Positions 37,823-51,550 of a stretch of 64,000 nt of DNA are shown one piece after another. Below the pieces are notes generated by a model. That model was not told where the DNA came from, searched no databases, and saw only the letters and a program-made list of their open reading frames with translations. How positions within the stretch are numbered: the stretch's first letter is position 1; each line of letters opens with the position of its first letter. The stretch comes from Felis catus (lineage: Eukaryota), in contig NC_058382.1 of the NCBI RefSeq assembly GCF_018350175.1, positions 50,470,001-50,534,000 on the forward strand. Reading direction: 5' to 3'. The position numbers and the translations under genes are program-made.

Positions 37823-39392
37823 TAGAACTGGTAGGCAAGAGATGCTGTGTTTGTGGTCATTCAGGAACTAAATATTTTCAGAGCTGAATTTAGTGCTGTG
37901 ATCATAAATCTGTATTTGGAGTCAATAGTAATAATAATTGTTCTATAATTCAAAAAGTAACAACTGCCATGTACCCACATGCTTGCTGTATGTGAGAGAA
38001 ATCAATAGGCACTTTAATATGCTTTTTGAAATTAATTCTCAGAGCAGTGCTACAACATTTAATTTAAAAGTCTCACCAGTCGGGAGGATTTTCGTTTTTA
38101 AATGTGAGTTTTCAGGCTGTGATACGAAGAGTCAACAAATGTTTTTGTTTGGATAGATTTATGACACTTTACTATGCCAAGTCTCAGTGATGAGGCCAAA
38201 GAAGGAGAAAAAGGAGGGTGGAATAGGAAGAAAATGAGCTGAGGGGACAAGACTCTTGTTTTTATCTGGTGGGTTACGTGTCAGTAACCATGGACGAGGT
38301 GGGGGTTCTAAAGAGATGGTCTTTGGTCTGTAGGTATTGGCCTACTGTAATGGTGAACACATGGGCATATTAAAAGCATCATTAAGAACGAATAATACTT
38401 GACCAGCAGCTAAAAGGTTTGATTAATAAATAAAGTGAGGAATTCTTTTATTTTGGAGTAATTCAGACTTTACCATTAGGTGGAGTTAGCCCTCATTTCT
38501 TCCATGAAAAAAGTAAATACGACAATAGCATGGCTCCGGAATGCTGGGTGGTTTGGTAGTGGCCATACGGCTGTTCTAATATAACGTCAGCTTTTATTTC
38601 ATGTCTGTTGTTCCTACTTGTCACCACAGGCTGCCAGTACCAAAGTATGTCACGTTCTACCTATATCTGTACCTATGTCTATACCTAGAAGTTTGCATTT
38701 TCCATATTCCTCTTCGACATTTGTTTTAGAATCAGAACAAGGATATCACTCCATCACACACTTAGACCATGTGCATCTGCAGAGCTAAAACAGCTTCAAA
38801 CCCTGTGGGGAATCTGTGGATTCCCTGGGGCCGATTTCACTTGGTAAAGCCCAGGAGCATCTGAATTTCCATGACTTTATTGGTGTACCTCTTTAATGAT
38901 ATAGCTTAATTTGCATATCAGTAGTACCTTTTCACCACAGGTGAGAAATTGAAATGTTCAAGGTCAATTAACTGCGAATGTTTCAAGTCGGGTAGTGCAG
39001 CTGTAACAGTGAGCGGTGCTGGGAAGAGGGAGCGGTCAGTGAGAGGTGCCTCTTTCTCCTGATGAGAATTGATGATCCAATTTTAACTCACCAGAATCAT
39101 GCTGATTCTTTTTTCCTTACTGTGCTCCTCTCATGTGCTCACTTTTTAAATACTGGTCTATCAAGGAGTGTCAAAATGCTAGAGAAAGATTATGAAATTC
39201 TATATTGAAAAAGTGTATAGACCATTGAAATTAACCAGAAAGATCAAGACACAAAATAATCAGTATTTTCCCAGAGGTATAAGCTACATATAGATAAAAT
39301 TCCTAATGTCGAAATGTCAGGTTAAAGTGATAGCCAGCTGGGGGCCCTTCATTCACTCTTTTCCAACTTTTCTATGTATAAGACAATGATAT

Positions 39393-39605
39393 GGGGCACC
39401 TGGGTGGCTCAGTCGGATAAGCATCCGTCTCTTGATTTTGGCTTAGGTCATGACTTCACTGTTGGTGAGACCAAGCCCTGTGTCAGGCTCTGTGCTGACA
39501 TTGAGGAGCCTGCTTGGGATTTTCTCTCCCCTCTCTTTCTGCCCTTCCCCCCCCACTCTCTCTCTCAACCAAAGTAAATAAATAAACTTAAAAAAATTTT
39601 TTAAA
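39393..39605 (+). mobile_element. CAN-SINE (TCTTGATTT subfamily)
   Basis: ggggcacctgggtggctcagtcgg start and A-rich tail. Confidence 0.9.
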
Positions 39606-41403
39606 AATGATAAAAAAACAGAGAGATATGCAGTAGTAATAGTATAAGAGGACTGAGGATGCTTGGTTAGCATTAGACCTCAGGAAACTTTCAACTTCCA
39701 AACTTGGAGAGGTCCTTAGGAAGAATAGTAAGATTTAGAAAGGACAGTAGAGGGAAAGATTTAGAAAGGACAGTAGAGTTACCCATTCACCCCTCCCGTC
39801 ATGTCCCCGTACTTCAGAGATACGATCTTTGTTAATTCGAGCGAGGAAAATTGGCTCAACCGCCCCGTAGCTAAATTCTAGGGTTCTCCTACCTCTCTCA
39901 GCACCATCTTTTCTACATCCATTGGGAGCTTCCAGTTCCCATTGATCGTAACAACATGAGAGGCACTGCAGGTCCTGGCTAAGAGCACCATGCCTCTTCC
40001 TGCTCTGCAGGTGACAGCCAGGTATTCAGACTCTCTGTATGTGACTTATCCTCTATTCAATAGGTTGCTCTGAGAATTAAATAACTATGTCTTCACAGAA
40101 TGCCTGACACAAAGTACTCACTTGCTCAATAAATACTAAGTGAATTCTACCACAGTAGAATAAGTAGAAAAGGTAGGCTGGAGTTTCATTACATCCTGAG
40201 CAGTGAAATATGGAGGAAGAGTTGGCTTGGCTTTAAAAATAATGCCGTGGGAACAACTCCCACTGAGGGTTCAGGAATTTCCTGAGTTATTTGTGGCAGG
40301 CTATAATTCAAGATGTCTTCAGATCAGTCTGCCTTCTAGATAACAGGCTGCAAGAGTAAGAGGTGCCCCTTGTGGACAGCAGAGCTGTGCTGGAGAAGTG
40401 ACACCAAGACACCAGAAATGCAGCCAGAGCATGTGTCTGCCAACAAACCCTCTTGCTCAGAATATGAGAGTATTCTTCTCTAACCTAAACGTAGTAGATG
40501 GTATTGGTGGCCGACAGAACTCCACCCATCCAGGTTACTGGCCCAAACCACAGGTTCTTCAAGGGCAAATACAGAGAAAATTAAAAGTAAAAACAAGCCA
40601 ACCAAAATTACCGTATGTATAATATTTTGGATGAAAAAGAGAGAGGTGTGGAATGGAAGACGTTTTTGAACAAAAAAAAGGAAATTTGAAAAAAAAAGTC
40701 TCATTCTAAAGACAATGTAGCAAATAACTTGGTAATCATACCCTAATACCAGTAGGAGTTAGCATTATAGCATCAGGATAGGATGTTGTTGTCACATAAT
40801 TCCTTTTTAATATACTGTATTGACTCAGTTTTGAGCCTTACGTAGAGGATGGTCTGCTCTCTTTCATGAGCAGCTGATTATATCCATAATCTGCCCACTT
40901 CCCTTGCTGGGCTTACAGCCTCAAGGTGGTGACAAAAGAATGTGGGAAAGAAAACATGTGCTAATATTCTTACTTGGGGTGTTATATATTAGATGTTACA
41001 TTTTAAAAGATACTGAGTATTAGATGATTATGGATTTAAGAATGCGTTAAACCCTGTTTCATGCCTTTTACAATGATTACATATTACTTACATAATTATC
41101 AATGTGAATATTACTTAAAATAAGTAAAGTCCCCAAATAAGGCTTTTTTGTATTAACTGGAAGAATGAAACATCTTAACAAGACATCCAGTAGTCACATC
41201 TCTAATATTCTGGTGTGCAGTGAGTAAAAGGAAACACAATAAGTTCGGCTCTACCCACACTTCCTTGAATATACAATAGGTTCCTATTTTTCACTCTTGA
41301 ATGCTCAAGCACACCTTACTCTAGGACCTTTTCCCTGACTGCCCCTCCCTCACCTCTTACCTCCCCCCCCTTACCCCACCTCCCCACCTGGCCAGGATAG
41401 AAC

Positions 41404-41595
41404 CAGTGGTGTGTTGGTGAATTGGTTGGGGTGGAAACGGGTGCTGATCTGTAGAGCTTGCCAGTTTCTGTGGTTTAAATACTCCAACCATGGTCCGTTG
41501 CAAAAGTGGCTATATTCGGCAGTCAGCTTGCAAAATTCCTGAAAATTTAATGGTCTCTCCTACACTGTTGCCAGCCAGTTCCAACTTTCTAGTGG
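41404..41595 (+). mobile_element. hAT-type DNA transposon relic, same family as 17345-17543
   Basis: cagtggtgtgttggtgaat start; ctgtggtttaaatactccaaccatgg shared core. Confidence 0.6.
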
Positions 41596-42153
41596 ATAGA
41601 ACTCTCCTCCATCCGTTGTATTATTGTTTCCTGCACGTGCCTCACCATTAACATTTGTGTTTCAAGCATGCTTTTCAATGTCTGTCCCTCCTATAAACCC
41701 GTAAACACAGTGAGGATAGGGACTATCCTTTTTGACCACCTGTATTTTCAGGCTTTATGCTATACTTCTTTCTCCAGGAAGTCTAAACATGATCAGATAC
41801 CACAGGTAATATTCTAGTTATGCCACAGTGTGAACTATGATTGAAGGTCAAACCATCACCTAATCATGTGTGTGGGCAGTAACCTTCCTAGTTCCAAGTG
41901 TAGACACGAATGTCCAGTTGTCAAATTAAGCACTTCGAACATTCAGTAGAATCTCAGTTCTACCCCGTGTTGGGAATTACAACACCTAGAAATGAACATA
42001 ATTAACACAGGCTTCATCCATTTATACTAAATTCTTGTTTTTCTATATTATTCTACAATTATGAGAAGTTTCATATTTTGGAAATTTGACTTTATTAAAT
42101 TCCATACAGGAATACAGTCTTACTGGCATTTCTATCCAATAACAGATTTTTAA

Positions 42154-42468
<315 letters not shown>

Positions 42469-43976
42469 TAAACTAAGTTGAGAAACAGAATCTTGGGAAT
42501 TACTTAGAATGCATTTTTCAAGGAAAAATGAATTAATATTCATTTTCTATTCTGTTTCATGGTATAACTTTTGAAAATACTAAAGGTGAGTGAACTTATC
42601 TCAGAGACCCCAGAAACTGAAAAAAAAATCTTACTTGTCCACTACCTAGTGTGGAAGTCTAAGAAATAAATAAAACCTATCATTTGTTTTTAAGTTTTAT
42701 CCAATAACCTAGTGGTTTTTGCATGGTCTTCATTTGAGGTTGGTTGACAGAATTTTTTCCTTTTATTTCCTCTGATGCCTCTGAGATTTCTGAACATCTC
42801 CTTCTCTCTCCAGTATTTGGAGGTTGGTATATATAATATTTGGAATATTATATATGATATAAACATATATATATATGTTTTTGTATATAAAACATATATG
42901 TTTTGTATATGTTTTGCATATATAAACATATATATATGATTTGTATATAAACCATTCTCTAGTCTTTTAAAAGTGTGTAAGTGTGTAAAACGCTGCATGT
43001 TATTGGCAGGGGCATGGCTCCTTAAGAGAGACTGACAAGGAGGCAGTTTGCAATATGGCGGGTGGTATTTGTAGTTGGCTGATCACATATAAACACCTGG
43101 TGGAAGAAGGAAGCTACAGGCAGTTTGCTTGGTGGTGAAGAAAGGACTTCTTTGCTAGGAGAAGGGTATTGGTTTGGATCTTATGTGGACCAGGGACAAC
43201 GTGCTGCAGTCAAAGAACTTTCTTTTTTTTTCTTTTCCTCTGGCTGAGCTGCTGGAACCAGAGAAAATGAGTAACTTAATGAAGCATCATTCTTAGCACA
43301 CAGATAATTTAGAAGCCTATTTGGGCACATAATGATAATTTTCTTTGATCAGTCAATTGCCTCTCTTTTGAAAGTTCCTAGAACTCAGTCATACATTATC
43401 AACTCATTGAAGAAATGGACTGCGGTTTACTCACCTTTGTGTCTCTGAAGCATTTGGTGGCCATTCAATGCGTGTTTATTGATGTAAATTGAATTGAGAA
43501 GAAGTAACCCTGCTCTTTCTCTAGAGAGAACAACAGTTGGGCTGGAAGAAGTTGCCTATAAGCATTTTTAAGAAAAGCTGCCTTAAAATCCTAAGCAAGC
43601 TGAAGTGTAGAAGAGCGAGAAAAACTGGATATTACGGTTGAATTAATTTCATGAGAACCATTCAAACTAGGGATAAAATAAACAGTAATTATGAACCAAT
43701 AACAATGAAAGCTTAATGAGGTATTTATTTTAACTAGGTGTTTGGATTATCCTTTACTCTTTTTCTAAATTAAGCATTGGGTTTTAAACTAGATAAGTAG
43801 AGGTTAATTCATGCTAACATATAGATGTGTTAAGTAAGATGTACGTTGTTGACATTTCTTAAGATGATACATCAACCATGAAAATTATTTCTCCGTTATT
43901 CAATTTTGGGGCAAGTCAAACTTAGACCACACCACTTGCCTTCCTTTGCTTACTCTTGTTCAGGTGAGGTTCTCAG

Positions 43977-44153
43977 GGGGTGCCTGGGTGGCTCCGTCGG
44001 TTGGGCGTCCAACTTCAGCTCAGGTCATGATCTCACATTCCATGAGTTTGAGCCCCGCATCTGGCTCTGTGCTGACAGCTGAGCTCAGAGCCTGGAGCCT
44101 GCTTCCAATTCTGTGTCTCCTTCTCTCTGCTCCTCTCCTGCTCACACTCTGTC

Positions 44154-44185
<32 letters not shown>

Positions 44186-44216
44186 AAAAATAAGCATTAA
44201 AAAATTAAAAAAAAAA
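43977..44216 (+). mobile_element. CAN-SINE
   Basis: TSD aggtgaggttctcagg at 43962-43977 and 44217-44232. Confidence 0.94.
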
Positions 44217-44437
44217 AGGTGAGGTTCTCAGGATGAAATAGAGGCATAATGATATCCTTAACCAATCCAAACTAATCAATGTAAATACATTGGCATCTAT
44301 CATAATTACTTGCCAAGGTAATATTATTTTTTATGCTGTGCTTTGATTTGTTTATTCATTCTCTTCCTCTTTTGAGTGTGAACATCCTGAAAATAGAGGC
44401 TGTACCTTCCAACCTGTCATCTCATCATCCAAATCTT

Positions 44438-44681
44438 TTTTCATTTATTTATTTGTTTGTTTATTCATTTTTAAAATTTTTTAATCTTTATTTATTTTGG
44501 GGAGACAGAGAGAGCACGAGCAGGGGAGGGGCAGAGAGAGAGGGAGACACAGAATCCAAAGCCGGCTCCAGGCTCCAAGCTGTCAGCACAGAGCCCGATG
44601 TGGGGCTTGAACCCACGGACTGTGAGATCATGACCCGAGCCAAAGTTGAACGCTTAACCGACTGAGCCACCCAGGTGCCCC
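44438..44681 (-). mobile_element. CAN-SINE (younger of tandem pair)
   Basis: SINEC body. caaatctttt on both sides. Confidence 0.92.
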
Positions 44682-44689
44682 AAATCTTT

Positions 44690-44878
44690 TTTTTTAAATG
44701 TTGATTTATTTTGAGAGGGGGAGAAGGGGCAGAGAGAGAGAGGGAGAGAGAGAATCCCAAGCAGGCTCCATGCTCAGTGTGGAGCCTGACATGAGGCTCA
44801 ATCTCTCCATGGTGAGATTATCACCTGAACCAGTATCAAAGGTCTGACATTTAACCAGTTGAGCCACCCAGGCGCCCC
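44690..44878 (-). mobile_element. CAN-SINE (older of tandem pair)
   Basis: Ends ...ccacccaggcgcccc. Confidence 0.9.
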
Positions 44879-44899
44879 TCGGCATCCTAGATCTTAAGA

Positions 44900-45000
44900 G
44901 TTCCTGGCTTGTTGCAGGCAAATGCTAAATGTTTGTTGAATGAATGAATGAATGAATGAATGAATGAATGAATGAATGAGGGAATGAATAAATGAATAAA
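44900..45000 (+). repeat. L2 3' terminus with expanded (GAAT)n
   Basis: taaatgtttgttgaatgaatgaatg... is the typical L2 tail. Confidence 0.75.
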
Positions 45001-47094
45001 AAATGCATTTTATTGTAGTGACTGCTTCCTCCTAGAATCAGTTATGTCTTTTAGTGCATTTGTTTTACCAGTTTAATATACCTAGAGTTAGGATGCACAT
45101 TTCTTTACCCCCTATAAGTTTTGAACTTTTTATGGGAGAGGGTTTATCTTTTTCATCTGCATTTCCAGCATTTAGTACCCATTGTGGTATATCGCTTTTG
45201 TTGAGGTTATTACAGAAAAAAAAAAATCAATGAATGACTGGATTTGAAGACATTGATCTCCTATTCTGGGTCTAACTTTGTAAAGAAAAAAAAAATCTGA
45301 GAGGTATTAAAAGAGCTCATGTTAATGTCATCAGGAGATAAAATACATCAGAACAAAGCAAAAAATGATTCAGAGAAGCATGCAAACATGGGGTACAGAA
45401 TTCTAGAGGTTTGGAAATTAGTGGAATATGCAAATCATTGTAGATTGACTTTGTCAAAACAGCTGGGCTCACCTGGGTGTTGAAGAAAAAGCTTCAAAAC
45501 TTAGATTATGGAAGGATTAAGGAAGCCATCCCATGTAGCTGGAAAAGAGTGGACAACAGCATGGACTTCGCCGATATCCAGAGGTGCAGTTTCCCACAAA
45601 ATAACCAGGAAATCTACGGGTCAGAATGGGCTGTCAAGGTCAGGAAGGTCTGAATGATACTTTTGGATATGGTAAAGAAAATTGATGGATGACTTTGAGT
45701 GTCAAGATCAAAATTAAGACTTGGTGCAACAGGTACCATGACCACACCGAAGTTATGATGTAGGTGAAACAACCCACATCCCATACCACGCACATCCTCC
45801 TGATGCCTGCTCATCCCAGGTAGGCTGCTGAGTTCTATCCTGCTCCTAGTTACGCAGGTACCTCTCCGAGGGAGGCTCCGTCTCCGTGAATCTACAACTG
45901 CCAAAGCAGGAAGAATGCCACATGGTGAATTATGCCTAGTTCTTGCCATTTCACCTGGAATAACACAGATCACGTCAACCTGGATTGTTTTTTAGCCAAA
46001 GTACAATTTTTAATTGATATACATAGTAAGGACTTTAACCCACTGCTGTGTTTTACAAATATAGATTTTCCAGGGTCGTTTTCTTTATTTGGTATTTTTT
46101 GGCCCATTTTTAAAAAAGGTATTCTGAGTTATACACAGACTGTACAAAAAATGCCCATTTTATTTAAGAGCTTCACATTCTGCCCCAGATGATAGAAATA
46201 AATCTATGAAAGAGGGTTAGGGAACATATAAGCCATTATACAAGTATGTGATGGAAAAAGGAAGAAGAGACAATTGTTGTTAGTTTAGAAACAAATAAAA
46301 TAAAACCCATCAACATGGATTGAAATGCTGCATTGAGGATCTTCATTCTCCCTTCATTTGATCCCACCTCGAGCGCTGGAGAGAACAATGGCTCTATATA
46401 CCTGAAAGGTTTAATAAAAGGCCCTGATGCTTCTTACAAATAATCTTTAAAAAGAAAGATGAAGTATTTATTGTCTCTACAGGTCATGCACATATTTGAT
46501 AGAACTGTAAACTTGACAGATAGATGATATTTTGTAAAATCACATATTAAAACATTTCTTTAGAAAAAAATTTATAGTCCAGGCCCATAAATGTAATTTA
46601 TAGAAACTACTCTAGTACTTGGCATGTAAATATTTCACAAAATTAGAAAATGCAAGCCACTAAAATGGTTCCTCTCAAAATGAAGGTAAAATAAAATCCC
46701 TCAACATCTGTGATCAAAGGACTTTTCAGTCAGTTTTATTGTAAGTGATTGAAAAAGTGAATGTAAGGTGTAATTTCTGCTCATTTAAGGACAATTGCTA
46801 AGATATCATGAAAGTAACATCTTAGAAACTATTTTAAATAGATAAACATGTGCAGGAACTTTATAGCTAAATTATCCAAATGGTCCCTGATACATGCCCA
46901 AGATTCTTTGACACTCCAGACTATACAGGCAAGGAATGGGAATGGTACCAATTTTATGAATTGTTTAGGTAAATATGATTGTTATACACAGAATAGTTTG
47001 CTTTTTGTTTTTTTATGGATGTCATTTGTACCTGGTTTTCCAAACAAACAAAAACCTTTAGCGTATTTCTGAAGTTAGTTTTATTTTGTTTCTT

Positions 47095-47318
47095 ATTTTT
47101 CTTATTTTTTTCTTATTAAAAATTTTTTTGATGTTTTATTTATTTTTGAGACAGAGAGAAAGCATGAGCTGGGGAGGGGCAGAGAGAGGGAGACAGGGAC
47201 CAAAGCAGACTCCGTGTTGACAGCAGAGAGCCTGATGTGGAGCTTAGACTCACGAACAGTGAGATCATGCTCTGAGCGGAGGTCAGATGCTTACCCGACT
47301 GAGCCACTCAGGCGCCCC
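47095..47318 (-). mobile_element. CAN-SINE
   Basis: T-rich tail and body ending ggcgcccc. Confidence 0.9.
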
Positions 47319-49381
47319 TTGTTTTTTACTTAGAAGTGTTTAATGCCATGATTCTGGGTTTGTTTTGTGAAAAACACAGAGCCCCTGTGACACAGTAATA
47401 TAGTCAATTAGGTAGAAGTATCACCTGTCCCAGAATATTCACACCATTATCACTGTGAATGATTGAGTCGTCAACTCTCAAAGCCACACAGTGCAGAAAC
47501 ACTACCTGCAAAGATTTTAACATGCATTTGTTTCAAATCAAATAAACATGTGGCCAGGGGAGTTTAATAGAAAACCTCAGGAGGCAGGAATACAAGCGGG
47601 AGGGGTGCTATAAGCTTGCTGGACTCCATGCCATGCAAGGCACATCTTTCCTCGTCCTTCCCCTCTGTTGAGCCCTTATTCTAGCAACTTAAACCTGCAA
47701 AAATCATTTGTGGGGTTTCAAAGCACAACAGTACTAATGCCGTGTATGTCAACATGTCAAACCATCAAGTTTAATGCGTCGCAAGACTTGCCTCAGTACT
47801 TGGACAGAGGCCTAGAGAATGCCTTAAGCTGCATCTGTCTTTCTGGATGGCCTCTACTCCGATGCCAAAAAGACATTTTTAATGGAAGTTGCTATTATTT
47901 GTATCGTCAGGAAATCTCTTGATGTATTTCTATTTAATCATGACTTCTTCACCCTTCTGAAAATGATTAACCTAGTAGTGAATGCTTAAAGGTAGCTGCA
48001 TCTGGGTTTTTAATGTGGCTTCAGTCATGGGTCTGAACAGTTAGTTTGCTAGGCACCTTCTCTATCATGTAGTGTGGTTTCTTTCACCTCTGTGCATCCG
48101 TGCTCGTTCTCTAGTGTGCTCTGTGAGTCCCTTCTCATAAACTTCTTTGGACACACATATATATGGGAACTTTGTATCAATATGTGATGCACAAAATACA
48201 TATATGGGAACTCCCATGTATTTCAAGTACACATAAACAGTCATATAAGACAAATGGTAATGTTGTTTCACATTCTTCAAAATGATCTGCCTCTAAGCAA
48301 GAAAAGTAAAAATTATTTGAACAGAGTGATTAGAGTTAACAGGAGATTGGATTTGGTGCCCTCCTCAGAGGGCACACTCACATTCAGGATCGTTCTCAAA
48401 TCATCAACCAGGGAATAACATGTGTTAAAGACACTTTCCAACTTGCGTCTCACATTCTACCATGTCACAGTTCAGTGATAACAACATGACCCCCTTTTCT
48501 CCATTCTTTCTTGCCATCGCTGTGATCTGATGTCATAGATGTCTACTTCCGGCTTTTCTAGTTCCAGCCTCGGGAGACTACATTTGTAGTTCTCTCTTGG
48601 AACAAGTCTGTCCTTTTGAAATTCTCTTTTGTTGTTAAGACCTAGGCATCTAGGTCTCTCTGTAAACCAATGCATTAGGCTCTCTTTCCTAATTTTTGTT
48701 TTTTTAAGTTCTGAACTTACAAGCATGTTTTGATCAGAGAAAGAGATAGAAAAATATATAAAGCTAGAAAGGAGGTGACAAGATTTGGCATTGATACAAT
48801 ATAATGCTTAAAAATCTAAGAGAATTATTTTACTATTTTTTAAGATGGTAACTCAGTAATGTGCCTAACAACAAAATTAATTTTTAAAATCAGTAATTTA
48901 TCTTCCCACTTATAAATAACTACATAGACAATACAAAAGGAATACATACTCCACTTAAACTAGAACCAAAAATGAATAAATATCAAGGTAAAACTTAGAA
49001 AAATGTACAGGTTATATAAAAATAATATTTAGAATATTACTGAAGGATATAAAAGAAGACTTGATTAAATGGCAAGTCATATCTGTTTTGAAGTGGAAAA
49101 TAGTATCAAAAGCTACTCATTCTACCTAAAATAACTCATACAAATTAAATCATTCTGAATTTCATGTATAAAAAGTATGAACAAATACATAAATTAGCAA
49201 AATAACAGTAGTAAGGAGAACCTACATGTTAGAAAAATTTTATAAATCTATGTTAATTAAAACATGTTGATACTGGCACGTGAAAACATAGTGAAAGAAT
49301 AAAAGAGAGCATCCGTTACTAAGTCCAAATACCATTTAGGGATTTGCCTAAGATACATGTAGCATTGAAAATATGTGAGGA

Positions 49382-49897
49382 CTGCTAGGAGTTTACCCAA
49401 GCATAGGGGCACTTGGACCCCAATGTTTATAGCAGCACTCTCAACAATAGCCAAATTATGGAAAGAGCCTAAATGTCCATCAACTGAAGAATGGATAAAG
49501 AAATTGTGGTTTATATATGCAGTGGAGTACTACGTGGCAATGAGAAAGAATGAAATATGGCCCTTTGTAGCAACGTGGATGGAACTGGACAGTGTTACGC
49601 TAAGTGAAATAAGTCATGCAGAGAAAGACAGATATCATATGTTTTCACTCTTATGTAGATCCTGAGAAACTTAACAGAAACCCATGGGGGAGGGGAAGGA
49701 AAAAAAAAAAGAGGTTAGAGTGGGAGAGAGCCAAAGAATAAGAGACTCTTAAAAACTGAGAACAAACTGAGGGCTAATGGGGGGTGGGAGGGAGGGAAGG
49801 GTGGGTGATGGGTACTGAGGAGGGCACTTGTTGGGATGAGCACTGGGTGTTGTATGGAAACCAATTTGACAATAAATTTCATATATTGAAAAAAAAA
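49382..49897 (+). mobile_element. Young L1_Fc 3' fragment
   Basis: ORF2 C-terminus ([21 protein letters not shown]) plus 3' UTR. TSD gaaaatatgtgagga at 49367-49381 and 49898-49912. Confidence 0.94.
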
Positions 49898-50022
49898 GAA
49901 AATATGTGAGGAAATGTATATAGTCAATAATGGAACTTAGTAAGCTATAGTTTCTAGAAAAATAAGTAACATTTTTATATCAAAATGGATTCCAGATGAA
50001 TTGAATATTTAAAAATAATACA

Positions 50023-50195
50023 GGGGCTCTTGGGTGGCTCAGTTGTTTGAGCATCTAACTCTATATTTTGGCTCAGGTCATGATCCTGAGATCGAGCCCC
50101 ACGTTAGGCCTCCCAATGAGCATGGAGCCTGCTTGGGAATCTCTCTCTTTCCCTGTGTTCCCCTGCTCACACACTCTCTCTAAATAATAATAATA
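50023..50195 (+). mobile_element. CAN-SINE (older)
   Basis: SINEC head. aataatacag on both sides. Confidence 0.85.
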
Positions 50196-50527
50196 CAGAC
50201 ATAGAAAAAAGTAATAGAAGAAAACACAAGATGATGAATAGATAACACACATAATATTGGAAGGCACATGTCTTTCTAAGCAAGAGAACCAAACCCAGGT
50301 GCCATCGAGGAAATGATGAAAAATGAGATAATATTTAGAGAGCTGCATGAAAAAATAACATAAACAATATTAAAAGGAAGAGTATAAATTGAAAAATATT
50401 TGTAGCCTCTATGATGGCAGTGCCCACTTTGATTCACCAGCCGCGGTGGTCCTGGGTTGAGATTGATATTCAGATTGACAATGACTGAATGGACTTCATT
50501 CACCTGCAAGTTTACTTAGATTTAAAA

Positions 50528-50689
50528 AGCCAAAACATAAGAGACTCTTAAAAACTGAGAACAAACTGAGGGTTGATGGGGGGGTGGGAGGGAGGGGAGG
50601 GTGGGTGAGGGGTATTGCAGAGGGCACCTGTTGGGATGAGCACTGGGTGTTGTATGGAAACCAATTTGACAATTTCATATTTAAAAAAA
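50528..50689 (+). mobile_element. Young L1_Fc 3' UTR fragment
   Basis: cataagagactcttaaaaactgagaacaaactgaggg...ggaaaccaatttgacaat. No TSD found. Confidence 0.9.
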
Positions 50690-50989
50690 GGGATACAGGG
50701 CAGGCAATATCACAGTGTGCACAGCAACAGCATAATGGATGCTTAGTTACACTGAACAGCTTCTAAATATCCCCACAACTTGAATTGGGATAAACGTGGT
50801 CACGATGGGCAAGGCTGAGTGGGTGTGACCACCACAGATCAGGAAAGCCATCAGCTTCAGGGCACCTTCAGCTTTCATACCTTGCCAATGACATAACTCC
50901 TCAGAGATACCTGCCAACCCCCTTTTTGTTTCGGCGTGCCTGCATCTCATCACTCCCATGTTACTCACTGATTACAGGTGATATCTGTC

Positions 50990-51140
50990 ATTCCCAAATG
51001 TTGCAGCTTATTTGAATTCTGATACCCAGGTAGCATCCATGCCAATCAAATAGTATTTGGGATGGAAACCAGGTATTGGGATTTTAAAGAAATAGTACCA
51101 GGCGATTCCAATTTACTGCAAAGTGTGGGAACCATTGGAT
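50990..51140. mobile_element. MER5-like hAT-Charlie MITE fragment
   Basis: ccaggcgattccaat...gcaaagtgtgggaaccattg terminus. Confidence 0.55.
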
Positions 51141-51321
51141 TACTCCATAAACACACTTGACAACCAAGTATAGATTCTTAGTTCAGTACAAAGCATAATC
51201 AGCAGGATGCCGATGTATCTTAGATCCAGTAAACTCTTGTGCATTCCTCGAGTATATGTTGCAAGAAGGATTTGGCTAAAGATCAATGCTAGGTAAAAAG
51301 AGCTATAAACCAGATGTTAAC

Positions 51322-51550
51322 TCAGTCCTTCTAATGAGAAAGATGGTCTAATATGGTAGCCACTAGCTATCTAGTGCTATTTAAATTTAAAACTCAATTA
51401 ACTAAAATGAAAGAAAATAAAAATAAAGTTTCTCAGTCACGCTAGCCACATTTTAAGTGCTGAATAGCTAGCTAGATGAAGCCATTGGTTACTGTATTAG
51501 TGCAGTTATAGAACATGCCCATTATCTCCGAAGATTCTATTAGCACAGGT
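51322..51550. mobile_element. MER33/MER3-like hAT-Charlie element
   Basis: aatatggtagccactagc...ctcagtcacgctagccacattttaagtgct. Confidence 0.75.

Larger units (their letters stand above)
48850..50410 (+). mobile_element. Degraded ancient L1M ORF2 fragments hosting younger insertions
   Basis: A-rich; tgaaggatataaaagaagacttgattaaatgg and aaaatggattccagatgaattgaatatttaaa. Approximate limits. Confidence 0.6.

Noticed and set aside
39058..39108. C/D box snoRNA-like TGATGA...CTGA
   Set aside because: Too short, imperfect C box and no terminal stem.
41340..41390. C-rich tract (minus-strand G-quadruplex)
   Set aside because: Low-complexity tract with no supporting context.
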